Positions 19,640-27,477 of a stretch of DNA of 64,000 bases are shown one piece after another. Made by a program: the position numbers and the translations under genes. Numbering within the stretch: the first letter of the stretch is position 1; each line of letters starts with the position of its first letter. Under the pieces are notes generated by a model. It was not told the DNA's origin. It worked only from the letters and a program-made list of their open reading frames with translations, and made no database searches. Source of the DNA: Aquificaceae bacterium (GTDB lineage Bacteria; Aquificota; Aquificia; Aquificales; Aquificaceae); NCBI GenBank assembly GCA_037925075.1, contig JAXSNR010000001.1:288001-352000 (forward strand), read 5' to 3'.

Positions 19640-21242
19640 CCTTCAGTGCCTCCATAAAGCTTATTAGTGCCTTTAGCTCCTCTTCTTTCAGCTTTATCTT
19701 TGGCATGGCGTTCCTTGAATAACCCAAAAGCCTGTAGGTATTCTGAGGGTCCAGTATCTGGGCCATAACTAAGGAAACATCCCTGTTCCGCACGGACCAT
19801 TTTAGCGGTGGTCCAAAGGCTTGCTCTGTGGTATGATGGCATCCCCAACACTTCTCCATAAAAACCTGATAGCCAAGCTGTGCGGAGTCAAAGCTCCTGC
19901 TTTTGTTAAAAAAGTTGTATTTTCCGGCGGGAAAGCTTGCGGGATATTCCCTTAACTTTTTCAAAGTTACGCCGTCGTAGACCACAAGAAAGCCTTCCCC
20001 TTCATACAGGCTTACATAGGCAAGCCTTCCGTCTCCCGAAAACTCCGTGTGAAGTGCCTTTTTACCCTCTGAGGGCTTTATCCTTTTAACATCAAGGCTT
20101 CTTTTGTCCACAAGGGCAATGCTGTCTGAGGATTCGTCCACCCATAGATAGGGTGTTCCGTAATTGCTCCTTGCCAAGAAGCCCACCCCCTCCAAAGGTA
20201 TATCCTTTACATGCTCCCAACTGTAAGCCTTCCAGATGGAAAGTATTGGTTTTTTTATTATGGGTGTTGCAAAGTAAAAATCACCCTTTGAGTACCAAAA
20301 GTAAGAGGAGGCAAGGTGAGGAAGCCCCGGTATGTTAAGGCTCTTTACAAGCCTCAGGTCTTTCAAAGAGTATATCCTTAGCCCTTCTTTGATGGTGCCT
20401 ATGAGATACTCCTCCAAGGGGTCAAGGGTGAAATCCTCCAGCAGGGCATCTAAGTTTTTGTATGTAATCTGATATCCCTCTTTTTTCAAAAAGCCCACGT
20501 AGGGCTTGTCTCTAAATGTGAAGATAAATTCCTTCCTTGTGTTAAGCTCATAGACCGCGTTTATCCTTCCTTCAACCTCCTTTATCTGAATGGGGTTTAA
20601 ATCCCTATCAAGAAGGACCAAAGAGGTGGGAAGCCAACAGGAGGCTACAAGAATGTCCTCAGAAAGGGCTATGTTCCTTAGGTATATACATACCCTCACC
20701 TTCTTTAGTTTTCCGTCTTTTGGCGAATACTTACCAACCCAACCACTCCTTGAAGGTATGTAAATCTCACCCTCCTTTGAAAACTTTATCCCGCCGTGGA
20801 TGTCTGAAAAGGGTACCTTTGTAAGTATCTCATCACCTTCCATAACCCAGAGAAGGTTCTTCCCCCTTTCTACCAATACCGTGTAATCCTTTAGCCTTCT
20901 GATTTTTATACTTTGAAGATCCGACACTTCTTTGCTTTCCCTTATCTTCTCAACTCCCCAAGCTATTTTCTCTTCATCTATAGGCTTTTTGATAAATTCA
21001 ACAATAGACCTTATCTCTTCATCCCTTAGATGTTCAAAGCTTGGCATTCCAGCGGTGCCCTTTTTTATTACGTGGTAAATCTTCTCATCAGATTTAGGTA
21101 TAAAAAAGGGGGGAAAGAGGGGAGGTGCGCTCTTTCCAAGCCTGTCTTCACCATGGCAGGAGGCACAGTGCTTTTTATAAAGCTCTCCCCCTACTCCAAA
21201 GGAGAGGGAAAAGAGGAGTAGGGAGAGAAACAAGTACCTCAT
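19623..21242 (-). CDS. nirN: NirN-like cd1 protein with an extra C-terminal cytochrome c domain
   Basis: Signal peptide, CASCH heme c, d1 propeller (HGGIKFS, HTEFS, PAGKYN), second CWGCH domain. ATG overlaps the nirS stop (TGATG). Confidence 0.85.
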   Translation of the reverse strand: MRYLFLSLLLFSLSFGVGGELYKKHCASCHGEDRLGKSAPPLFPPFFIPKSDEKIYHVIKKGTAGMPSFEHLRDEEIRSIVEFIKKPIDEEKIAWGVEKIRESKEVSDLQSIKIRRLKDYTVLVERGKNLLWVMEGDEILTKVPFSDIHGGIKFSKEGEIYIPSRSGWVGKYSPKDGKLKKVRVCIYLRNIALSEDILVASCWLPTSLVLLDRDLNPIQIKEVEGRINAVYELNTRKEFIFTFRDKPYVGFLKKEGYQITYKNLDALLEDFTLDPLEEYLIGTIKEGLRIYSLKDLRLVKSLNIPGLPHLASSYFWYSKGDFYFATPIIKKPILSIWKAYSWEHVKDIPLEGVGFLARSNYGTPYLWVDESSDSIALVDKRSLDVKRIKPSEGKKALHTEFSGDGRLAYVSLYEGEGFLVVYDGVTLKKLREYPASFPAGKYNFFNKSRSFDSAQLGYQVFMEKCWGCHHTTEQAFGPPLKWSVRNRDVSLVMAQILDPQNTYRLLGYSRNAMPKIKLKEEELKALISFMEALKDGWMD

Positions 21243-22882
21243 CAATAGATATCCTTCATGGTGTTGTAGACGTTAAAGTGTCCCGTGGGAGTTGCTACCC
21301 AATCTCCTGTAATTTCCTGTTTTAGCTTGAGGGTTTTATCGTCATAGACAAGGATGGCTTGCTTTTGAGGTTCATTCTTTTTGCCCCAAACTACAACCCA
21401 AACCTCATCGCCGTTCTTGTTATACTCAAGATGAACCGCCCTTCCGCTGTATTTCTCTGGTATCTCTATCTGAGCCTTTAGTTTCAAGGTGTTTTTATCA
21501 AAGACAAATAGGGACCTTTGGAGTTTAGGGTCGTTGTGCAATGGTCTATCCGCCCATAGGTGAGGAGATTTAGGGTGGGTCTTTATAAAGAGGTTGCCAC
21601 CACCTTCACCAGGCATCTCTGTCTTTGCAACTACCTTCCATGCATACTGGGGATGCTTTACAGGGTCTGTGCCTATGCATTGAATTGTATTATCCCCCAG
21701 ATGCCCCGTGCACCATATGGGCCCATACTTGGGATGGTCTATGTTTGCCCCCCTTCCTGGGTGCGGTCTTATACCTACCTTTACATTTTTGACAAGCTTT
21801 TTCTCCTTTGTATCCACTATGGATATGGTGTCTCTAAAGTTTGCAGCAACAAGGAAGTATCTCTTTGTGCTGTCCCAACCGCCATCGTGTAGGAACCTTT
21901 CAGCCTCTATCATGGTTATCTTTGGAGCGTGTATGTTAGAATAATCCACAAGCCATATCTGCCCAGCCTCCTTTACATTGACTACCCACTCTGGGTCGTG
22001 GTGGGACGCCACTATGGATGCAACCCTTGCCTCCCTCAAAAATTCGTTTGTATCATAGGTATAGGCACTTGTAGCAACTATCTTCAGAGGCTCTAAGGTT
22101 TGCCCATCCACTATAACAAAGGATGGTGGCCAATAGCAACCTATGATGGCAAGCTTATCAAGAAAATCTCCTTTTGGACCTTTGTACTTGGATGTGTCAA
22201 GGGACCTTCCATCGTAGCATGTTTTTACTTCCGCAACTTTGTCGGGCTTTTTCATCCAAAGGTCTATAAGGACCACCTTACCATCTCTTCCTATGGTGTA
22301 AAGGTACCTTCCAGAGGCAGAGTACCTTGCTATATGGACCGCATAACCGGTATCTACAACGCTTACAAGCTCCTTGGTATCCCCATCAATAATAGCAGTC
22401 TTTCCTATATCCCTTAGTATGACACCCATAAAGTTTTGCCAATTTCTGTTATGTTCGGGCTTTTTCGGTCTCTTTTCTGGTGGAACATATACCTTCCAGG
22501 ACTTTTTCATTTCACCAAGTGGTAGCTCTGGAGGAGGTGGTGGGTCATGCATCAAAAACTTGGCCACTAATTCCACTTCTCCGGGCGTGAGTATTCCTTG
22601 CCTTCCCCAGTCGGGCATGCCACCGGGTGTTCCGTAGGTTATGAAGGTCTTGAGTGTTTCAAATCCCATCTTTCTTGTTTTCTCAGGCAGGAGGCTTGGT
22701 CCAGTGGCTCCCTTTCTTAAAGCTCCATGGCATCCTGCACATCTGTCAAAGTAGATCTCTGCTGCCTTTTTCATCTCCTCCTTTGTGATGGGAGGAGGCT
22801 CTTGGCTCTGTGCATAAACTACTGAACTAACTGCGAGGGACATGGCCCCCAGCACACCGCTTAAGAGCACCTTCTTACCCAT
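21242..22882 (-). CDS. nirS: Cytochrome cd1 nitrite reductase
   Basis: RCAGCHG, GYAVHI, FLHDGG, PHPGRGAN, FIKTHP, PTGHFNV; signal peptide; SD GGAGG. Confidence 0.98.
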   Translation of the reverse strand: MGKKVLLSGVLGAMSLAVSSVVYAQSQEPPPITKEEMKKAAEIYFDRCAGCHGALRKGATGPSLLPEKTRKMGFETLKTFITYGTPGGMPDWGRQGILTPGEVELVAKFLMHDPPPPPELPLGEMKKSWKVYVPPEKRPKKPEHNRNWQNFMGVILRDIGKTAIIDGDTKELVSVVDTGYAVHIARYSASGRYLYTIGRDGKVVLIDLWMKKPDKVAEVKTCYDGRSLDTSKYKGPKGDFLDKLAIIGCYWPPSFVIVDGQTLEPLKIVATSAYTYDTNEFLREARVASIVASHHDPEWVVNVKEAGQIWLVDYSNIHAPKITMIEAERFLHDGGWDSTKRYFLVAANFRDTISIVDTKEKKLVKNVKVGIRPHPGRGANIDHPKYGPIWCTGHLGDNTIQCIGTDPVKHPQYAWKVVAKTEMPGEGGGNLFIKTHPKSPHLWADRPLHNDPKLQRSLFVFDKNTLKLKAQIEIPEKYSGRAVHLEYNKNGDEVWVVVWGKKNEPQKQAILVYDDKTLKLKQEITGDWVATPTGHFNVYNTMKDIY

Positions 22883-22920
22883 GACTATGACCTCCTTAGG
22901 TGATTTTACTCATGTTTATA

Positions 22921-22949
22921 AATATAAGTAATTATTTACAAAATGTCAA
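22921..22949 (-). promoter_or_regulatory. nirS promoter
   Basis: Minus strand TTGACA-17 bp-TATATT; the spacer contains the near-palindrome GTAATTATTTAC. Confidence 0.7.
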
Positions 22950-23701
22950 GATTTTCCGACTAAAAAATGAGGAAGTGAGTTGAAAAACCTGTAGACGTCC
23001 TTGCCCCATACGAGTACTGGAACAAGGGTAAAAGTAAGCACTCCTCCAACCACGTTAAGGACAAAAAACCAGTCTATCTCATAGGTTCCTCTCTCTTGGT
23101 TGTACCTGAAGCATCTCAGCCAAAAGCCTTCAACGGGGTTGAGTTTAACCTCTTCCCTTTTGGCTTCAAGTACCGCAAGCTTAAAGTCTCTGAGCTTTGG
23201 ATTAACCCCATAAAGATACCTTGATATCCTTCCAGACGGTGTAAGCACCACATAAAGGTTGGGATGGTCAAATTCTCCGAGCCTTTCATCGTACCTGTAC
23301 TTGTAATCTATAGCCCGTAGTAGGCTTTCCGCTTCTTTGCTCCTCACCACATACCAGTTTTCTGGAAGGTTATGGACCTCTCTAAACCTTTTGAGGTCTT
23401 CAAGACTATCCCTTGGGTCAAAGGTCAGGGAAAGGACCACAAGGTCCTCCCTAAGGTCCCTTATGGTTCTCTTTAGGGCTTGCGTCATAAGGTAGCAGGC
23501 CGAGGTGCATTTGGTGTATATAGGGTTAAGCACCACAACCTTGTTAAACTCCCTTATGCCAAAAACCCTCCCTTCGCTATTCTCAAGGCTCACATTGGGC
23601 ACATAGGTGCCTATGGCTTTTTTCTCATCGGGTAGTAGTTCATTGCTCCATGACAGAAGGATGGGAAACAGCAAAAGCAGGAAACTAAAAATCCTTAGCA
23701 T
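22946..23701 (-). CDS. SCO/SenC-family copper chaperone
   Basis: YTKCTSAC (CxxxC), LTFDPRD, FDH; C-terminal CFRY plus TM helix. Start at ATG 23701. Confidence 0.88.
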   Translation of the reverse strand: MLRIFSFLLLLFPILLSWSNELLPDEKKAIGTYVPNVSLENSEGRVFGIREFNKVVVLNPIYTKCTSACYLMTQALKRTIRDLREDLVVLSLTFDPRDSLEDLKRFREVHNLPENWYVVRSKEAESLLRAIDYKYRYDERLGEFDHPNLYVVLTPSGRISRYLYGVNPKLRDFKLAVLEAKREEVKLNPVEGFWLRCFRYNQERGTYEIDWFFVLNVVGGVLTFTLVPVLVWGKDVYRFFNSLPHFLVGKS

Positions 23702-24932
23702 TTCTGTAGCCTCTAAAAAGAGAAAGGGTGGCGTAGGATATGAAAAGCAGTCCACCAAGCACGGCTAACAATCCACCAAAGCCCATAACATTCAGGGCAA
23801 GTATCACCTTTGCATCCTGAACAAACTCAAAGCCATATGTTTTTCTCGGTGCACCCATAATGCCCGCTAAGTAAAAACCAAACACAAGAAGGTTTATCCC
23901 TAAACCAAAAAGGGTTGGTTGGAGCTTTGCAACGCTTTCCCAGAAGACATAGCCAAGTCTTTCTTTGAGTATGTAATAGGTAAAGCCCATGAAGGCTATG
24001 GTTACTCCAGAGACAACGCCATGGTAATGGGCTGGAATCCTCAGGTCGCTTTGCATACCACCATAAGCTATAAGAGCCCCTCCGTGGTACACCACCATGG
24101 AAAACAAAAGGCTTACGGTGGCAACATTCCAGCCCAACCTGAGGTTTTTAACTACATAATAACTATGAAGGAGGACAGGTACACCAAGCCCAACCCCAAA
24201 GGAAAAAGCCAACTGCTTTCTAAAGTCTTCAGAAAGTGGGTCTGTGAAAAAGCCCAGCAGTAGCGGTAGAGCAAAGAGTAAAAGAAGGAAGTTCGCACCT
24301 TTCAACAGGGGACTGTTTACCACCTTGCCAGAGCTTCTTTTAAGGAGTTCATGCCATACCGCAAGCATTACAGAGGTATACATGAATTGTTGTAGATGTC
24401 CCGGTATCCAAAAAAGCCTCTCAAAGAAAAGCTTCATACCACCATCAGAATGGGCTATAAGGAAGGAAAAGGGTATGGAAAGAATCGTGATAAAACCAAA
24501 AAGAACAGAAAGGGGGTAAAGCTCAGTCAGTTTTTTTACATCTTTTAATCTTTGTAGAACTTCAAGAAGAAAACCTAAAAAGAACAAGAAAAGCCCAAAG
24601 TAAAAGAGTGGGCTTCCCACAACGGGTATATAATTGTTCAGATAGGGCTCTCCGTAGGGTAAAAGGCAGGAGAGGGAAAGGAAAAGCATGCCCGTTAGGG
24701 TGGTTGGAGGTGCAACCCTTCCCTTCCTGCCTTTTTTGTAATGCCAGAAGGCAAGGGTAAAGGTCATAAGCCAAAGGGTTATGGAAAAGGTTACATGACC
24801 CACTAAAAAGTGATAAAAAAGCTCTGGAGATTTAAGGAGCGATACCGCAGGCGTTCTTGTAAGGGCTATAAGAAGTCCAAAAACACCGGCGACTATTAGA
24901 GAAAAAAGGGAGAGGGAAAGGTAGAAGAACAT
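23685..24932 (-). CDS. Divergent heme-copper oxidase subunit I paralogue (lacks CuB HH pair)
   Basis: About 12 TM; GHV in TM2, WIPGHLQQF, IPAHYHGVV, GAPRK; no HH pair. Start at ATG 24932. Confidence 0.75.
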   Translation of the reverse strand: MFFYLSLSLFSLIVAGVFGLLIALTRTPAVSLLKSPELFYHFLVGHVTFSITLWLMTFTLAFWHYKKGRKGRVAPPTTLTGMLFLSLSCLLPYGEPYLNNYIPVVGSPLFYFGLFLFFLGFLLEVLQRLKDVKKLTELYPLSVLFGFITILSIPFSFLIAHSDGGMKLFFERLFWIPGHLQQFMYTSVMLAVWHELLKRSSGKVVNSPLLKGANFLLLLFALPLLLGFFTDPLSEDFRKQLAFSFGVGLGVPVLLHSYYVVKNLRLGWNVATVSLLFSMVVYHGGALIAYGGMQSDLRIPAHYHGVVSGVTIAFMGFTYYILKERLGYVFWESVAKLQPTLFGLGINLLVFGFYLAGIMGAPRKTYGFEFVQDAKVILALNVMGFGGLLAVLGGLLFISYATLSLFRGYRNAKDF

Positions 24933-26599
24933 CACCTTACCTCCCACATGGCGGCGAGCCATCCCCAGTTAAGCAGAAGGAATATGAGGAATACCCCCAT
25001 GAAGAGGAGGGTTAAAGTCAAAGTTCCCGGTGCCTCAAAACCATGGTCTTCCTTTGCGTGTGGTGGAGGTGAGGCTATCTGAAGTTGCATGTCCTGAGGA
25101 CCCCTCACCGGCTGTCCAAAGAAGACGGAAAAGACAACTACAAGTATCCATATTAAGGCTCCAACCACAGCCATTATGCCACCTATGGCGAAGAGGACCC
25201 AGAAGAAGTCTACTGCAGGGTTAAAGGTGTAAGTGAAAGGTCCTCCAGAGAAGGTAATATCGTAGTGCCTTCTTGGAATACCGAAGGCTCCAAGGATATA
25301 CATGGAAACTGACAATATGGCTATTCCTAAGCCAAAAATCCAGGGCTGGAGCTTGGCAAGTCCGAAGAAGGCGATCTTCCTTCTGAATATGAGGGGTATA
25401 AGGTAGTAGGTTGCACCCATGAAGGCGAGGGTAGTACCACCTACAACTGTTCCTTTAAAGTGTCCGGGTATAGAAAGGGTGTTGTGTACTATTATATTGG
25501 TTTGCTCCATACCGTTAACCACGCCGGTAACGCCACCTATGAAGCCAAATATAATGATAGAAAGCAATACTGCAGAGAAGGCTGGATTGCCCCAAGGAGC
25601 GTTTTTGAGCCAATCAAAAAGGCCTTTTGTGAAGCCCCTTCTCCTTTGAGCGGATTCAACGGCGGAGGGCACTGCAAAGGCGTGTATCATGGAAGCAAGA
25701 ACAGCTATGTACATAATGTAGCTTGTGTTAAAGACCTTCCAAGCAGGGCTTGGTCCTGGGTCCACCAAAAGGTGGTGAGCAGATGCCACATTTATACCTA
25801 TGACATAAAAAACAAAGGCAAACCTACTTACCTTTTCGTTTATAGAGGTGCCACCAACCGTAAGAAAAGCTCCAAGATACCATATTGCTATCATGGCGGT
25901 TACGTTTATCTGCTGTGAGGAATGTCCAAGACCCCACCAAACCAACTTATAAACACCGGCGTCAATGGTCTTTATTATTCCAAGGGACCATAAAAGGGTG
26001 GGAATGTATATAATTGCACCACTTGCCAGAGTGAGTGTGGCAATGATCGCCGCCGCCACAAGCCCAAAGGTAAACAGCGGTAAAGAGTCTCCGTAGGTTT
26101 TCTCCCTTCTTGCTATAAGAAGGTTTGCAAAGAAAAGGAAAACCCCAATGAGAGCACCCACTGCGAAAAGGATCACACCCAAGTAATAAACTGGATGGGC
26201 TTGCAATGGAGCGTAAGAAGTCATCAGGACATCTGCATTGCCTGTGAGTATGGTATAGTTAACCAGAAGGAAGCCCAAAACCATAAGTATAAGGGCAAGC
26301 CACCCGAACTTTGGAGAAGACATGCGCGAGTTAAGAACGACCGTTGAGCCAAAGTATAGACCTGCTATCTCAAAGAAGACTATCCAGAATATGAGGGCGT
26401 TCAGACCGTGGAGGGTAAGAACCCTGTAGTACCACTCTACAGGTAGAAGATGAACTACTTGCCACCTTGTCAAGACAAGAAGCAGTGCGGCTATTACTCC
26501 GATCAGCAAGGAGACAACAGCCATAACGGCGTTGAGCTGTATAAGCCTCTCAGCTCTTAGGTCAACCTTCAACCCTGTAATATCACATGTTCTAAACAT
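24932..26599 (-). CDS. Heme-copper superfamily subunit I, eNOR-like nitric oxide reductase
   Basis: LTLHG, WWGLGHSSQQ (Gln where the cross-linked Tyr would be), SAHHLL, GMEQ, PGHFKG, GIPRR; lies between the nir and nos operons. Confidence 0.8.
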   Translation of the reverse strand: MFRTCDITGLKVDLRAERLIQLNAVMAVVSLLIGVIAALLLVLTRWQVVHLLPVEWYYRVLTLHGLNALIFWIVFFEIAGLYFGSTVVLNSRMSSPKFGWLALILMVLGFLLVNYTILTGNADVLMTSYAPLQAHPVYYLGVILFAVGALIGVFLFFANLLIARREKTYGDSLPLFTFGLVAAAIIATLTLASGAIIYIPTLLWSLGIIKTIDAGVYKLVWWGLGHSSQQINVTAMIAIWYLGAFLTVGGTSINEKVSRFAFVFYVIGINVASAHHLLVDPGPSPAWKVFNTSYIMYIAVLASMIHAFAVPSAVESAQRRRGFTKGLFDWLKNAPWGNPAFSAVLLSIIIFGFIGGVTGVVNGMEQTNIIVHNTLSIPGHFKGTVVGGTTLAFMGATYYLIPLIFRRKIAFFGLAKLQPWIFGLGIAILSVSMYILGAFGIPRRHYDITFSGGPFTYTFNPAVDFFWVLFAIGGIMAVVGALIWILVVVFSVFFGQPVRGPQDMQLQIASPPPHAKEDHGFEAPGTLTLTLLFMGVFLIFLLLNWGWLAAMWEVR

Positions 26600-26611
26600 G
26601 GCTTCACCTCC

Positions 26612-27142
26612 TCACTCCTTTACTATGATCTTTCCTATCATCATGTGATGACCTATACCGCAAAACTCATTGCAAACTATGTAGAATTCCCCAGCGGATG
26701 TGGGCCTAAAGGTAAGCACATAGTCATAACCTGGATAGACCATAAAGTTCATGTTTACAGGCTGTAGTGAAAAGCCATGAAGAAGGTCCAAAGAGGATAT
26801 GTGAAACCTGTATTCCTGACCCTTTTTAAGTACGAGTATAGGCTCCCATGCCCACATCTTCGCCAGAAGAAACACATCGCTGTTTGGAGGGGGTTCCACC
26901 ACAGGTATGCCCTTTTCTTCCCCAACCTTATACTTCTGTATGAAAGCCTGCGTCAGTGCGTTAAACTCCTGAGGCGTTGTTCTGTAGGTGGTAAAGGAGG
27001 GGTTTTGCTTTCCGTAGACATGCCATACCACCATCCAGAAGAAGAGGATAAGGCATACCACAAGGGCTATAGTGATCCACATCTTTTCATCCTTGGCGAC
27101 CCTCTTGAAATACCATCCTTCTTCAGGTGGAAGCAGTGCCAT
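26612..27142 (-). CDS. Heme-copper oxidase subunit II (CuA, single TM, B-family type)
   Basis: DLLHGF...CNEFCGIGHHMM CuA motif; one N-terminal TM helix. Confidence 0.92.
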   Translation of the reverse strand: MALLPPEEGWYFKRVAKDEKMWITIALVVCLILFFWMVVWHVYGKQNPSFTTYRTTPQEFNALTQAFIQKYKVGEEKGIPVVEPPPNSDVFLLAKMWAWEPILVLKKGQEYRFHISSLDLLHGFSLQPVNMNFMVYPGYDYVLTFRPTSAGEFYIVCNEFCGIGHHMMIGKIIVKE

Positions 27143-27143
27143 G

Positions 27144-27317
27144 TTACTTACCTCCTAAAAGGCTTTCCTTGATTTCGCTGGGTATGGGTGAAAGCCAAGC
27201 CAACTCCAAAAGCCCCCAAATGAGGTAGGAAACCGCATAGATGGTTACACCCAAAAAGAGCAGGAACATAAAGTCATCCAACACCAACTGAAGGAAAGGT
27301 GTTTTCTTTTCCTCCAT
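27144..27317 (-). CDS. 57-aa single-TM protein, probable subunit IIa-like component (absent from ORF track)
   Basis: Hand translation: MEEKKTPFLQLVLDDFMFLLFLGVTIYAVSYLIWGLLELAWLSPIPSEIKESLLGGK*. SD AGGAGG; stop 1 nt before the subunit II ATG. Confidence 0.85.
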   Translation of the reverse strand: MEEKKTPFLQLVLDDFMFLLFLGVTIYAVSYLIWGLLELAWLSPIPSEIKESLLGGK

Positions 27318-27350
27318 GGCTTTACCTCCTTTGGTAAATATTTACTTAGA

Positions 27351-27379
27351 AGATTAATAAAAAAAGGTATCTTTGTCAA
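27351..27379 (-). promoter_or_regulatory. Promoter of the eNOR-like operon
   Basis: Minus strand TTGACA-17 bp-TAATCT, followed by the perfect palindrome GTAAATATTTAC (27334-27345) near the inferred +1. Confidence 0.65.
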
Positions 27380-27477
27380 GAATTAAATTTATCAAAATTT
27401 AACTTTAAATTAAAATGTGTAAATATTTAATGAATGTCTTATATTATTAAGTAAATAACCATTTACAGGAGGTTTCC

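Noticed and set aside
22935..22950. Possible FNR/DNR box upstream of nirS (TTACA-AAAT-GTCAA)
   Set aside because: Only one good half-site, and it is explained by the TTGACA -35 box on the minus strand.
27367..27380. 14-bp identity CTTGACAAAGATAC between the NOR promoter (minus strand) and the clpB promoter
   Set aside because: Half of it is the -35 consensus and the right HAIR arm is absent, so it is probably coincidental.
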